Part shown: one piece after another, positions 55,266 to 64,000 of the stretch
Layout: the number at the start of each line of letters is the position of its first letter
How positions within the stretch are numbered: position 1 is the stretch's first letter
DNA from: Cyanobacteria bacterium M_surface_10_m2_119
GTDB lineage: Bacteria > Cyanobacteriota > Cyanobacteriia > PCC-6307 > Cyanobiaceae
Assembly: GCA_016882525.1 (NCBI GenBank)
Contig: VGPU01000001.1
Location: forward strand, 77,378-141,377
Direction: 5' to 3'
DNA: 64,000 nt
Notes under the pieces: generated by a model
Seen by the model: only the letters and a program-made list of their open reading frames with translations
Told to the model about the DNA's origin: nothing
Database searches by the model: none
Position numbers and translations under genes: made by a program

Positions 55266-56141
55266 TCAGCAGAGCACCCCGAGATCCTGAAGTCGCTGCT
55301 GCAGCGCCCTCCAGTTGAAGCTGCGAGGATCGGCGCGTTCCCCCCCCAGATCCACGGCCCGATGGGTGGTGATGTGGTCGAGGGGAATCGGGTAGGTCTG
55401 CATCCACAGGGCCAGAAGCGCGGCCAGGCCGTCGTACTGGGCGGCGGTGTAACCGCTGTGGCGCGGCCCGGCGTGCTCGCCGTCGACGGGGGTCTCCAGG
55501 CTGATGTGCAGGGCGAAATTGTTCACCGATCCGCCCACGGCCGGGTTCGTCACCGCCCACTGGCCACGGAACGCCGAGTTCCCGGCTCCGAAGGCCCGCT
55601 TGCTGGGGTCGAGCAGCTTCACCACCGAGCCATCAAGGCCCACCAGCGCGTGGTAGCTCACCTGATCCACATCCCGGGGATGGGGCGTGCGGAAGGTGTT
55701 GATGGCCGAGCTCATCCCGTAGACGGTCTCGTGCAGCACCACGACCCGCGGGGTGGGGTCGAGGGGGTTGCCGAAGGCATCGTGGCTGAAGCGCTCGCCG
55801 AAGTTGGTGGGGTCGATCGCCACCCGCCGCGGCGAGCGCCGCAGCTGCTCCACGAGCTGGCCGAGCCGCTGCCGTTCTGCCGGCCGGCTGGGGGCGCAGC
55901 TGCTGGCCAGGGGCGACTGCCAGCTGGGATGGCGGGGGGGGAGGGGGGCCGGCCGCGGCAAGGGCTCCTGGCGCTGACCGCCGGCGGGCTGCCCCACCTC
56001 CTCGAGCAGATCGAGCAGAGAGCGGCTGGAGCTCTCCTCTCCGCCCGCCGTCAGATCCCTGGCCAGCCAGCCAATCCCACCAAGACCGAGCACGGCGGCT
56101 CCGAGGGCGGCGAGCAGTACGGGTTGGGGACGGGGGTTCAT
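55266..56141 (-). CDS. N-acetylmuramoyl-L-alanine amidase (amidase_2/PGRP fold) with an N-terminal membrane anchor
   Basis: It starts at MNPRPQP with a 4-nt ATGA overlap on the upstream M61 gene. It has a TM segment, a Pro-rich linker and an amidase_2 domain (VVVLHETV ... SYHALVGLDGSV ... ITTHRAVD). Confidence 0.8.
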   Translation of the reverse strand: MNPRPQPVLLAALGAAVLGLGGIGWLARDLTAGGEESSSRSLLDLLEEVGQPAGGQRQEPLPRPAPLPPRHPSWQSPLASSCAPSRPAERQRLGQLVEQLRRSPRRVAIDPTNFGERFSHDAFGNPLDPTPRVVVLHETVYGMSSAINTFRTPHPRDVDQVSYHALVGLDGSVVKLLDPSKRAFGAGNSAFRGQWAVTNPAVGGSVNNFALHISLETPVDGEHAGPRHSGYTAAQYDGLAALLALWMQTYPIPLDHITTHRAVDLGGERADPRSFNWRALQQRLQDLGVLC

Positions 56142-57880
56142 GCCACCTCCAGCGCCAGCCATTGTCGCCGGCGCTCCACCGCCGCTGGCGCGGCCCCCGC
56201 ATCCGCCTCCAGCAGCCAGCGCTCCACCCGCGGGGACTCGTGCCGCAGCTCGGTTTGGCGCAGGCGACCATCGCGGGCGTACACCAGCGGCAGCACAGCG
56301 GCGTCAGACTGGGCGGTCAGCACCGGCGCCAGATCGTCGGGTCGCTGCAGGCGCCAACCGGCCAGGCCCACCAGCTCATCGCCCACCATCAGACCGGCCT
56401 GCTCGGCCGGACCAGCCCGCAGCACCCGCTGGAGCTGCACCCCGCCGCCGGCCGCCGCCTCCACCTGCCAGCCCAGCCAGGGCTCGGCGGCCAGCTGGGG
56501 TTTGAGCACCATGCCCACGTCGGCCAGGTAGCCCTCGAGGTCGGGGTCCTCATGGCCGTGTAACCACTGGGGCAGCAGCTGTCGCAGGTCGGCAGCCACC
56601 CCGCAGAAGGCGTCCAGCAGATCGCTCTGGCGATAGCCGCGCCCCACGCGCCCGAAGCGCTGCCAGAGCAGACGCAGCACAGCGGGCAGGCCGCTGCCGT
56701 GGCGGCGCAGGTGCAGGTCGAGCACCAGGGCCAGCACGGCTCCCTTGAGGTAGTAGCTCACCTGGCTGCTGATCGCATAGGCATCCGCCTTGTAGAGCTT
56801 CACCCAGGCCTCCTCTGCGCTCTCCACCAGGCTCTGCACGGCCCGCCCAGGGCTCTGGCGGTAGCGGCTCAGCTCCATCCCCAGATCCTCAAACAGCTCG
56901 GCCTCGCTGCTGCAACCGGCCGTGAGGGGCAGGAACTGGTCGAGGTAGCTGGTCACCCCCTCGGCGAACCAGAGGGTGGGCACGATCGTGGGCCGGTCGT
57001 AGGCATAGGGCGTGAGTTCAGCCGGGCGCAGCCGGCGCACATTCCACTGGTGCAGGTACTCATGGGCCACCAGTTGCAGGAGTTTGCGGCGGCCATCGGG
57101 CTTGAGCAGGCGGCGGCGGCCGTACTGCAGCACGCTGCTCCGGTCATGCTCCAGGCCCCCGTAGCCGTTGTCCGTGAGATGGAGGATGAAGAGATAGTCA
57201 TCAGCAGCAGGAGACCGCTCTCCCATCAGCCGGCAGCAGGCGTGGCAAACCCGCTGCACATCCCTCAGGAGATCCGGGTCACCCTCCATCGGATCCACCC
57301 CCGCCAGCGTGACTCCCCAGCTCACCCATCGGTGACCCACCTCCCCCACCGCAAAGCGGTGAGCGCCATGGGGGCCGACTTCGATGGGCGTGTCGATCAA
57401 CTGGTCGAAATCCCGAGCCGTCCAGCCGCCACCAGCCTCCTGGGGCAAGGTGAGGAAGGCCTGCCAACCATCCGGCAGGGCCAGGCTGAGGTGATGGGGC
57501 TGCCAGCGCTCCCCTTCCACCGCAAGAACCACCGCCGCCAGGCAGAGGAAGCCATGGTCAGCATCGAGATGGCTGGTGCGCACCGTCAGCTCCGGAGCCA
57601 GCAGCCTGTAGCGCAGGGTGAGCGGTTCCTGGTCCGGCAGCTCCGCTTGCCAGGCCGCCACGTCCATCCTGCGCAGCGGCAGGCTGCGGCCAGCCTGCTC
57701 CAGCTGCAGCCCCTCCAGCTGCCGCACGTAATCGCGGATCAGATAGGAGCCAGGAGTCCAGGCCGGAAGAGCCAGCCGAAGGGTCTGCTGGCGAGGACGA
57801 AGACGGATCTCCACCTGCACGAGGTGGGCGCTGGCTGCGCGGAGATCGATGTGGACCTGCGGACCGGACGCGTCAATCAC
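56138..57880 (-). CDS. M61-family metallopeptidase with a C-terminal PDZ domain
   Basis: 580 aa. It has a zinc motif (HEYLHQWN), YGGLEH upstream, and a C-terminal PDZ-like segment (GPAEQAGLMVGDELVGLAG). Confidence 0.85.
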   Translation of the reverse strand: MIDASGPQVHIDLRAASAHLVQVEIRLRPRQQTLRLALPAWTPGSYLIRDYVRQLEGLQLEQAGRSLPLRRMDVAAWQAELPDQEPLTLRYRLLAPELTVRTSHLDADHGFLCLAAVVLAVEGERWQPHHLSLALPDGWQAFLTLPQEAGGGWTARDFDQLIDTPIEVGPHGAHRFAVGEVGHRWVSWGVTLAGVDPMEGDPDLLRDVQRVCHACCRLMGERSPAADDYLFILHLTDNGYGGLEHDRSSVLQYGRRRLLKPDGRRKLLQLVAHEYLHQWNVRRLRPAELTPYAYDRPTIVPTLWFAEGVTSYLDQFLPLTAGCSSEAELFEDLGMELSRYRQSPGRAVQSLVESAEEAWVKLYKADAYAISSQVSYYLKGAVLALVLDLHLRRHGSGLPAVLRLLWQRFGRVGRGYRQSDLLDAFCGVAADLRQLLPQWLHGHEDPDLEGYLADVGMVLKPQLAAEPWLGWQVEAAAGGGVQLQRVLRAGPAEQAGLMVGDELVGLAGWRLQRPDDLAPVLTAQSDAAVLPLVYARDGRLRQTELRHESPRVERWLLEADAGAAPAAVERRRQWLALEVA

Positions 57881-57890
57881 CGTGGGTGCA

Positions 57891-58235
57891 TCAGAGGCCG
57901 ACGCTCACCTCGGCCCCGCGGAAGTGCCGCTCGGCCTCCTGCAGGGCGAGGGCGGCGGCATAACGCCGGGTGATCCGGCCCAGCAGGTCATGCACCCGGG
58001 TGGTGTGGCTGAGTCGCTGGAGGTCGCCCACAAGGGCCAGGGAACCATCCGGTTGCTGCCGCCATCCCAGGATCAACTCCCGGGACACAGGGACCTGCAG
58101 GTCCACCGGTTCCCGTTCCCCTGCGAATCCCTTCACAACCCCGCCCCGGCTGGGTTGGAATCCCAGCGCCTCCAGACAGGACGCCAACAGCGCGGCGTCG
58201 CGGAGAACGGTTGGCAGGATGGAGAGATGGGACAT
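57891..58235 (-). CDS. DUF1257 (Ycf35-like) protein
   Basis: 114 aa starting at MSHLSILPTVLRDAALLASCLEALGF, the family-typical N-terminus (residue 169 of the track ORF). Confidence 0.7.
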   Translation of the reverse strand: MSHLSILPTVLRDAALLASCLEALGFQPSRGGVVKGFAGEREPVDLQVPVSRELILGWRQQPDGSLALVGDLQRLSHTTRVHDLLGRITRRYAAALALQEAERHFRGAEVSVGL

Positions 58236-58242
58236 GGACCGG

Positions 58243-58914
58243 ATGCCCGCTTTTCCTGACCCTAGCGAGACCGACTGCGCCGTCCAGTGGCCGTTGCCAC
58301 CGCAGCCTGGCGCCAGCGGCACCCAGCGCTCCGCCCTGCGACTCGGGGTCATGGCCTCCGGAAGTGGCAGCAATTTCGAGGCCCTGGTGGAGGCCTGTCG
58401 AGCAGGCAGGCCGCAGGCGGAGGTGGTGGTGCTGGTGGTCAACAACCCCGGCTGCGGCGCGGCCCAGCGCGCCGATCGGCTGGGCGTGCCCTGGCAGCTG
58501 CTCGACCACCGCGTCCACTCCGACCGAGCTGCCCTGGATCGCGCCCTCGTGACCGTGTTCCACGAGAGAGGGGTGGATCTGGTGGTGATGGCGGGCTGGA
58601 TGCGGATCGTCACGCCGGTGCTGATCGGAGCGTTTCCGGATCGCCTGGTGAACATCCACCCCTCCCTGCTCCCCAGCTTCCGCGGCGTGGATGCCGTGGG
58701 CCAGGCCCTGGCCGCGGGGGTCACCCTGGCGGGCTGCACCGCTCACCTGGTGAGCGAAGAGGTGGATGCAGGACGGATCCTGGTGCAGGCCGCCGTGCCG
58801 GTGCTGGCCGGGGACGACCGCAGCAGCCTGGCGGCACGCATCCAGCGCCAGGAACACCGCATCCTGCCGCTGGCGGTGCAGCTGGCCGCCGATCGGCTGG
58901 CACCTCAGGGATAG
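58243..58914 (+). CDS. purN: Phosphoribosylglycinamide formyltransferase
   Basis: It has LRLGVMASGSGSNFEAL, VMAGWMRIV, NIHPSLLPSFRG and HLVSEEVDAGRIL. The start is ambiguous, with in-frame ATGs at 58219, 58234 and 58243. I chose 58243 to avoid overlapping the divergent gene. It ends in a TAG stop. Confidence 0.88.
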   Translation: MPAFPDPSETDCAVQWPLPPQPGASGTQRSALRLGVMASGSGSNFEALVEACRAGRPQAEVVVLVVNNPGCGAAQRADRLGVPWQLLDHRVHSDRAALDRALVTVFHERGVDLVVMAGWMRIVTPVLIGAFPDRLVNIHPSLLPSFRGVDAVGQALAAGVTLAGCTAHLVSEEVDAGRILVQAAVPVLAGDDRSSLAARIQRQEHRILPLAVQLAADRLAPQG

Positions 58915-59990
58915 AACGGCAGCAGGGGCAGGCCCGTGGCGGGCGCCAGGCCGGCCATCAGGTTGAGGCACTGCACCCCCTGGCCGGCCTGGCCCTTGAG
59001 CAGGTTGTCCACGGCGCCCATCACGATCAGCTGCCCGGTGCGGGTATCCGCCTGCACCGAGAGCAGCGCCCGGTTGGTGTGCCGCACCCACTTGGTGGAG
59101 GGGTAGGTGCCCACGGGCAACACCTCCACGCAGGGGCTTTCGCGGTAGGCCGACCGCAGCACGGTGGTGCAGTCGTCGGCGGTGAGACCTGGATCGCGCA
59201 GCCGGCAATAGACGGTGGAGAGCAGGCCCCGCACCATCGGCAGCAGGTGGGGGGTGAACTGGAGCTGGATCTGCAGACCCGCCACCTGGGAGGCGATCTG
59301 TTCGATTTCGCTGGTGTGGCGGTGGCCCACCACCCCATAGGGAGCCACGGCCTCGGCAGCTTCCGCCAGCAACAGGTGTTCCTTGGCCGCCCGGCCGCCG
59401 CCGCTGGTGCCGGTCTTGGCATCGATCACGATGCCGCCCACATCGACGAGTCCCTGCTTCAGGAAGGGAAGCAGGCCGAGCAGGGAGGCGGTGGGGAAGC
59501 AGCCCGGAGCGGCCACCAACCGCGCCTGGGCAATCCGTTCGCCGTGCCATTCCGGCAGGCCGTACACCGCTTCGTCGCAGAGGTCGCTATCGCTGCGGGG
59601 GAAACTGCGGGCCTCACTGGCATACACCTCCTGCCACTGGGCAAGGGAGCGATAGCGGTAGTCGGCGGAGAGATCCACCACGCGCACGCCTCGCTCCAGC
59701 AGGGGCGGCACGAGCTGGGATGCCAGGCCATTGGGGAGGCTGAGCACCGCGAAATCGGCCGCCGCGGCGATCGCCTCGGGCTCGGGCACCTGCACCACCG
59801 GGTCGTCCGGCAGGGGCAGAAAGGGGGTGAGCTCACTCCAGCGCTTGCCACTGCTGCGCTCCCCCCCCAGGAAGGTGACCTGGAAGTGGGGATGGCCCTC
59901 CAGCAGGCGCAGGGTCTGCAGGCCCCCGTAGCCGCTGGCCCCGATCACGGCGACCCGCTGGGGGGCTGTGGAGGGGCTGGCCATGGCCAT
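58905..59990 (-). CDS. argC: N-acetyl-gamma-glutamyl-phosphate reductase
   Basis: 361 aa. It has VAVIGASGYGG, an active-site region AAPGCFPTA and a C-terminal DNLLKGQAGQ. Confidence 0.93.
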   Translation of the reverse strand: MAMASPSTAPQRVAVIGASGYGGLQTLRLLEGHPHFQVTFLGGERSSGKRWSELTPFLPLPDDPVVQVPEPEAIAAAADFAVLSLPNGLASQLVPPLLERGVRVVDLSADYRYRSLAQWQEVYASEARSFPRSDSDLCDEAVYGLPEWHGERIAQARLVAAPGCFPTASLLGLLPFLKQGLVDVGGIVIDAKTGTSGGGRAAKEHLLLAEAAEAVAPYGVVGHRHTSEIEQIASQVAGLQIQLQFTPHLLPMVRGLLSTVYCRLRDPGLTADDCTTVLRSAYRESPCVEVLPVGTYPSTKWVRHTNRALLSVQADTRTGQLIVMGAVDNLLKGQAGQGVQCLNLMAGLAPATGLPLLPFYP

Positions 59991-60008
59991 CGAGCAGACG
60001 TGCTGGGC

Positions 60009-60016
60009 TTTATAAA
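60009..60016. promoter_or_regulatory. Palindromic TTTATAAA (-10-like) element in the 32-nt argC/ribBA divergent spacer
   Basis: It is the only AT-rich octamer between the argC ATG (59990, minus) and the ribBA TTG (60023, plus). It reads TATAAA on both strands. I see no clear -35 element. Confidence 0.2.
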
Positions 60017-60022
60017 GGATGA

Positions 60023-61783
60023 TTGAGCCAGGGCCCAGCGGCCCGCCCGCCGTTGTCCGCCATCCGGTCGTCAGCCATCAATCCCCCCGGGAGCTGGGAC
60101 CTCGGGAGCAACGGAGAGATCGGCACGCAGTCAGGCACCAGGGAAAGCGATCAGGACCCCATTCACTTCGATGCCATCGCCGATGCCCTGGCAGCGATCC
60201 GCAACGGCGAGTCGATCGTGGTGGTCGACGATGAGAACCGGGAAAACGAGGGCGACCTGATTTGCGCCGCCCAGTTCGCCACGCCGGAGCAGATCAACTT
60301 CATGGCCACCGAGGCCCGGGGCCTGATCTGCCTGGCGATGGAAGGGGAGCGGCTGGACACCCTCGATCTGCCACTGATGGTGGATCGCAACACCGATGAG
60401 AACCAGACCGCCTTCACCGTGAGCGTGGATGCAGGGCCGGAAAACGGTGTGAGCACGGGGATCTCCGCCGAAGACCGGGCCCGCACGATCCAGGTGGCCA
60501 TCCACCCGAACACCCGCCCCTCCGATCTGCGCCGCCCAGGGCACATCTTTCCGCTGCGAGCCCGGCAGGGCGGCGTGCTCAAGCGGGCGGGCCACACGGA
60601 AGCGGCCGTCGATCTGGCCCGGCTGGCGGGGCTCTATCCAGCCGGAGTGATCTGCGAGATCCAGAACGCCGATGGTTCGATGGCGCGGCTGCCCCAGCTG
60701 GCGGCCTATGCCCGTCGCCATCGACTGCGCCTGATCTCGATTGCCGATCTGATCCGCTACCGGCTCGATACGGAGCGTTTCGTGCGCCGCCAGGCTGAGG
60801 CGGCCCTCCCCAGCGCCTTCGGCCAGTTCCGGGCCATCGGCTATCGCAATGAGCTGGATGGCAGCGAACACGTGGCGATCGTCAAGGGTCACCCAGAAAC
60901 CGCCAGCGATCCCGTCCTGGTGCGGGTGCACAGCGAGTGCCTCACCGGCGATGCCTTCGGATCCCTGCGCTGTGACTGCCGGCCCCAGCTGGAGGCCGCG
61001 CTGCGCATGATCGAGGCGGCGGGCGAAGGGGTGGTGGTCTACCTGCGCCAGGAGGGACGCGGCATTGGCCTGATCAACAAGCTCCGGGCCTATTCGCTCC
61101 AGGACACCGGTCTGGACACGGTGGAGGCGAACGAGCGCCTCGGCTTTCCCGCCGACCTGCGCAACTATGGCGTGGGAGCGCAGATCCTCAGCGACCTCGG
61201 CGTGCACCGCCTGCGTCTGATCACCAACAACCCCCGCAAGATCGCCGGCCTGGGCGGCTACGGCCTGCAGGTGGAGGACCGGGTGCCCCTGGTGATGGAT
61301 CCGGGCGACCACAACGCCGCCTACCTGGCCGCCAAGCGCACCAAGCTGGGTCACCTGATGGGCGAAGGACCCAGTTGTCCGATCGGGGGGCCATCGGTCG
61401 TTTTGGCCTGGCACGGCGCGGACAGTGCCTCACCGCCCCCGGCCCGGCAACAGGACCTGCTGGCCTGGGCGCAGGAGCAAGGACTGCGCCTCGAGCCCGA
61501 GACCAGTGCACGCCTGCAGGCCCTGCTCCACCAGCCTCGGCTCAGCCTGCACCTGAGCGGACTGGAGAGAGGTGAACCGTTCCAGGAGGCCGTGGGCCAT
61601 GCCCTCGCCCAGCTGGGCCACTGGCCGAGCACGGAGCGGGTGAGCCTGATCTGCGCACCCGATATGGAGCACACCAGTCATCCAAGCGCCGATCTGGAAC
61701 CCGAGCTGCGGGCGCTGCCCGAACTCCAGAACACGCCGTCCCGACTGTCGCTGGAGCCGGGGACCTTTGTAATCTGGCGCTGA
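60023..61783 (+). CDS. ribBA: Bifunctional 3,4-dihydroxy-2-butanone-4-phosphate synthase / GTP cyclohydrolase II with a C-terminal extension
   Basis: The RibB text is [15 protein letters not shown] and GHTEAAVDL. The RibA text is [20 protein letters not shown] and [10 protein letters not shown]. About 170 further residues of unknown function follow. It has a TTG start at 60023 or 60053. Confidence 0.92.
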   Translation: MSQGPAARPPLSAIRSSAINPPGSWDLGSNGEIGTQSGTRESDQDPIHFDAIADALAAIRNGESIVVVDDENRENEGDLICAAQFATPEQINFMATEARGLICLAMEGERLDTLDLPLMVDRNTDENQTAFTVSVDAGPENGVSTGISAEDRARTIQVAIHPNTRPSDLRRPGHIFPLRARQGGVLKRAGHTEAAVDLARLAGLYPAGVICEIQNADGSMARLPQLAAYARRHRLRLISIADLIRYRLDTERFVRRQAEAALPSAFGQFRAIGYRNELDGSEHVAIVKGHPETASDPVLVRVHSECLTGDAFGSLRCDCRPQLEAALRMIEAAGEGVVVYLRQEGRGIGLINKLRAYSLQDTGLDTVEANERLGFPADLRNYGVGAQILSDLGVHRLRLITNNPRKIAGLGGYGLQVEDRVPLVMDPGDHNAAYLAAKRTKLGHLMGEGPSCPIGGPSVVLAWHGADSASPPPARQQDLLAWAQEQGLRLEPETSARLQALLHQPRLSLHLSGLERGEPFQEAVGHALAQLGHWPSTERVSLICAPDMEHTSHPSADLEPELRALPELQNTPSRLSLEPGTFVIWR

Positions 61784-61834
61784 GGGCCGGGTCCCCGAGC
61801 CGTTGCCGGCTGGGGGACCCAGGGATCCCGAGCA

Positions 61835-62275
61835 TCAGTCCTGAATGGTGACCTTGTTGATGCGGCTGCCGTTTTTCAGCGCCAGCACCACATCCATGTT
61901 GCCGGTGTGGCCGAACACGGTGTGCATGCCGTCGAGGTGCGGCTGGGCCTCATGGCAGATGTAGAACTGGGATCCCCCGGTGTTGCGGCCGGCATGGGCC
62001 ATGGCCAGGGTGCCGGCCTGATGCTTCTGGCTGTTGATCTCGCAATCGATCATGTAGCCGGGACCACCCGTGCCGGCCATGCCGCGGGAGCCTTCCCGGC
62101 TGTTGGGGCAGCCACCCTGGGCCATGAAGCCGGGAATCACGCGGTGGAACGCCAGGCCGTCATAGAAGCCTTCCTTGGCCAGCTTCACGAAATTGGCAAC
62201 GGTATTGGGGGCGTCGGCGTCGAACAGCTCCAGTTCAATGCTGCCGGCATCGGTCTCCATCACGGCTTTGGTCAC
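61835..62275 (-). CDS. Peptidyl-prolyl cis-trans isomerase (cyclophilin type)
   Basis: It has [50 protein letters not shown] ... GGSQFYI. The start is a GTG at 62275 or an ATG at 62260. Confidence 0.88.
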   Translation of the reverse strand: MTKAVMETDAGSIELELFDADAPNTVANFVKLAKEGFYDGLAFHRVIPGFMAQGGCPNSREGSRGMAGTGGPGYMIDCEINSQKHQAGTLAMAHAGRNTGGSQFYICHEAQPHLDGMHTVFGHTGNMDVVLALKNGSRINKVTIQD

Positions 62276-62353
62276 AGCGGAAGCAGCGCAAAGCCCGACT
62301 GTATGGGGCCGTGCTGAGAATGGAGGTTCGCGTCGTCTGATCCATCTCCGCCG

Positions 62354-63286
62354 ATGAGCAGCTCCTCCAGCACCAATGCCCCCACGCTCGACCTCAGCCA
62401 GGCCCGGCTGGGCGTGCTCGGAGGCAGCGGTCTCTATGCGATGGAGGGACTCGAGGAGGTGCGCGAGATCACCCTCGAAACCCCCTACGGAGCCCCCTCC
62501 GACAGCCTGCGCCTCGGCCGGATCGGCGGGATGGAGGTGGTCTTCCTGGCCCGGCACGGCCGCCATCACAGCTTCACCCCCAGCGAAGTCCCCTACCGGG
62601 CGAACCTCTGGGCCCTGCGGTCCCTGGGCGTGCGCTGGATCCTGTCAGTGTCGGCGGTGGGTTCCCTGCAGGAGCAGTTCCGTCCCCTCGACATGATGGT
62701 TCCCGATCAGTTCATCGACCGCACTCACCAGCGGCCGCTGTCGTTCTTCGGGGAAGGCGTGGTGGCCCACGTGGCGGCGGCTGACCCGTTCTGTCCCACC
62801 CTCAGCCGTCTGCTGGCGGACGTGGGCGAGAGCCTGATGCCGGCCGGCCGCCAACTCCATCGGGGGGGCACCTACCTCTGCATGGAGGGTCCGGCCTTCT
62901 CCACCAGGGCCGAGTCCGAGCTCTACCGCAGCTGGGGCTGCGGCGTGATCGGCATGACGAACCACACCGAAGCCCGGCTGGCACGCGAGGCGGAGATGGC
63001 CTACTCCACCCTGGCGATGGTCACCGACTACGACTGCTGGCACCAGGAACACGCCTCGGTCACGGTGGAGCTGGTGATCGAGAACCTGCGCACAAACGCC
63101 ACCCTCGCCCAGCAGATCGTGCGCACGGCAGCGGAGCGCATCGCCGCCCAGCGTCCTGCCAGCAGCGCCCATCGGGCCCTCCGTCATGCCCTGATGACGC
63201 CGATGGAGCACGTGCCCGCCACCACCCGCCGGCGGGTGGACCTGTTCACCGCCCCCTACTGGGGGGCAGTGGACGGAGGGAGCTGA
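62354..63286 (+). CDS. mtnP: S-methyl-5'-thioadenosine phosphorylase
   Basis: 310 aa. It has [29 protein letters not shown] and [18 protein letters not shown]. Confidence 0.9.
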   Translation: MSSSSSTNAPTLDLSQARLGVLGGSGLYAMEGLEEVREITLETPYGAPSDSLRLGRIGGMEVVFLARHGRHHSFTPSEVPYRANLWALRSLGVRWILSVSAVGSLQEQFRPLDMMVPDQFIDRTHQRPLSFFGEGVVAHVAAADPFCPTLSRLLADVGESLMPAGRQLHRGGTYLCMEGPAFSTRAESELYRSWGCGVIGMTNHTEARLAREAEMAYSTLAMVTDYDCWHQEHASVTVELVIENLRTNATLAQQIVRTAAERIAAQRPASSAHRALRHALMTPMEHVPATTRRRVDLFTAPYWGAVDGGS

Positions 63287-64000
63287 GCGCCGCAGGCCTC
63301 GAGGGCCTGGCGCAGGCCAGGCCCGTGCTGGCGCAGCTGGTGGCGAGCGGCATTGGCCTCCAGACCGGTCGCCGCCATCAGCAGAGCCAGCTTCACCGAG
63401 CCATCGGCGGCCGCCAGCAGGGCTGCGCCCCGTTGCCGGTCCACGCCGGCCAGGTCGCGCAGAATCCGAAGGGCCCGGTCCTCCAGTTTGCTGTTGGTGA
63501 CCGCCACATCGACCATGCGGTTGCCGAAGACCTTGCCAAGGCGGACCATCACGCCGGTGGAAAGAATATTGAGGGCTATCTTGGTGGCCGTTCCCGCCTT
63601 GAGCCGGGTGGAGCCTGTCAGCAGCTCAGGGCCGGTGAGCAGGCGGATCTCGATGTCGGCCGGCATGGGGGCCTGTTCCGACGGCACACAGGCCATGGCG
63701 ATGGCCAGGGCACCGATCGCACGGGCATGCTCCAGCGCGCCGAGCACGTAGGGGGTGGTGCCCCCGGCGGCGATCCCCACCACACAGTCACCCGGGGCGA
63801 AACCTCGGCTGATCAGATCCTCACGGCCGCTGTGGCGCAGGTCCTCCAGTCCCTCGGAGCTGCGCAGAAGGGCCGGTGCCCCGCCGGCCAACACCCCCTG
63901 CACCAGCTCGGGATCGGTGCAGAAAGTCGGCGGACATTCGGCTGCATCCAGCACTCCCAGGCGCCCGGACGTCCCGGCACCGATGTAGAAGAGCCGGCCA
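63256..64000 (-). CDS. murQ: N-acetylmuramic acid 6-phosphate etherase (N-terminus beyond the window end)
   Basis: The reading frame is open to the window edge. It shows SIS-domain text (GAGTSGRLGVLDAAECPPTF, VVGIAAGGTTPYV, TGSTRLKAGTATK, GNRMVDV). It overlaps the 3' end of the convergent mtnP by 31 nt. Confidence 0.85.
   Translation of the reverse strand, partial: GRLFYIGAGTSGRLGVLDAAECPPTFCTDPELVQGVLAGGAPALLRSSEGLEDLRHSGREDLISRGFAPGDCVVGIAAGGTTPYVLGALEHARAIGALAIAMACVPSEQAPMPADIEIRLLTGPELLTGSTRLKAGTATKIALNILSTGVMVRLGKVFGNRMVDVAVTNSKLEDRALRILRDLAGVDRQRGAALLAAADGSVKLALLMAATGLEANAARHQLRQHGPGLRQALEACGAQLPPSTAPQ

Noticed and set aside
61270-61783. The ~170-aa C-terminal extension of RibBA as a novel domain.
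   Set aside because: From memory, cyanobacterial RibBA proteins are generally about 550-580 aa and carry such a tail, so it is probably lineage-typical rather than new. I cannot verify this without a database search.
1-64000. HIP1-type octamers (GCGATCGC), seen for example at about 17748, 28831, 34234, 53964 and 59767. I also searched for CRISPR repeats, tRNA, rRNA and IS elements.
   Set aside because: A handful of HIP1 copies is normal cyanobacterial background and explains nothing locally. My scan by eye was not exhaustive. I saw no direct-repeat arrays, cloverleaf-sized conserved segments, transposase or integrase ORFs.

Overview
This window is a gene-dense, strongly GC-rich chromosomal segment; third codon positions are almost always G or C. 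Gene content and synteny look picocyanobacterial (Synechococcus/Cyanobium-like), based on cyanobacterial-type hfq beside dapF, hemJ, a DUF1257/Ycf35-like gene, DUF4330/DUF1995, an FeS-type photolyase, and cobN with metH. That lineage call is an inference from family recognition, not a database search. I call about 60 protein-coding genes, nearly all housekeeping. They include gpsA, metH, ilvE, cobN, gor, a type-II peroxiredoxin, sbcCD, uvrC, coaD, dacB, a cysteine desulfurase, dapF, hfq, leuS, pgi, purN, argC, ribBA, a cyclophilin, an MTA phosphorylase and murQ. Many are translationally coupled through 1-nt or 4-nt overlaps. I found no rRNA, tRNA, CRISPR array, transposase or integrase. Most long ORFs in the six-frame track are antisense shadows of these genes, as expected at this GC content. 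I found no coherent novel multi-gene system. The observations most worth a second look are listed here. (1) An 18-nt poly-C tract (15151-15168) splits cobN into two reading frames. (2) A reading frame of about 1170 codons (PAS-PAS-GGDEF-EAL-PAS-GGDEF, c-di-GMP signalling) is broken by two in-frame TAG codons and one 1-nt frameshift, yet its C-terminal GGDEF with I-site is intact and a canonical PilZ gene lies 1.2 kb downstream. (3) DapF carries a 93-aa C-terminal extension with a C-x3-C-x3-C-x5-C cluster, and its stop codon abuts the start of a cysteine desulfurase. (4) Three signal-peptide proteins are coupled to the 3' end of uvrC, one of them an unusual Gly/Arg-rich, Arg/Asp-repeat and Trp-rich protein. 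(5) There is a DUF296(PPC)-glutaredoxin fusion, and a gamma-glutamylcyclotransferase-like gene is coupled to sbcDC. Coordinates are anchored to the supplied ORF track by residue arithmetic. Positions counted by hand in intergenic DNA could be off by 1 nt.
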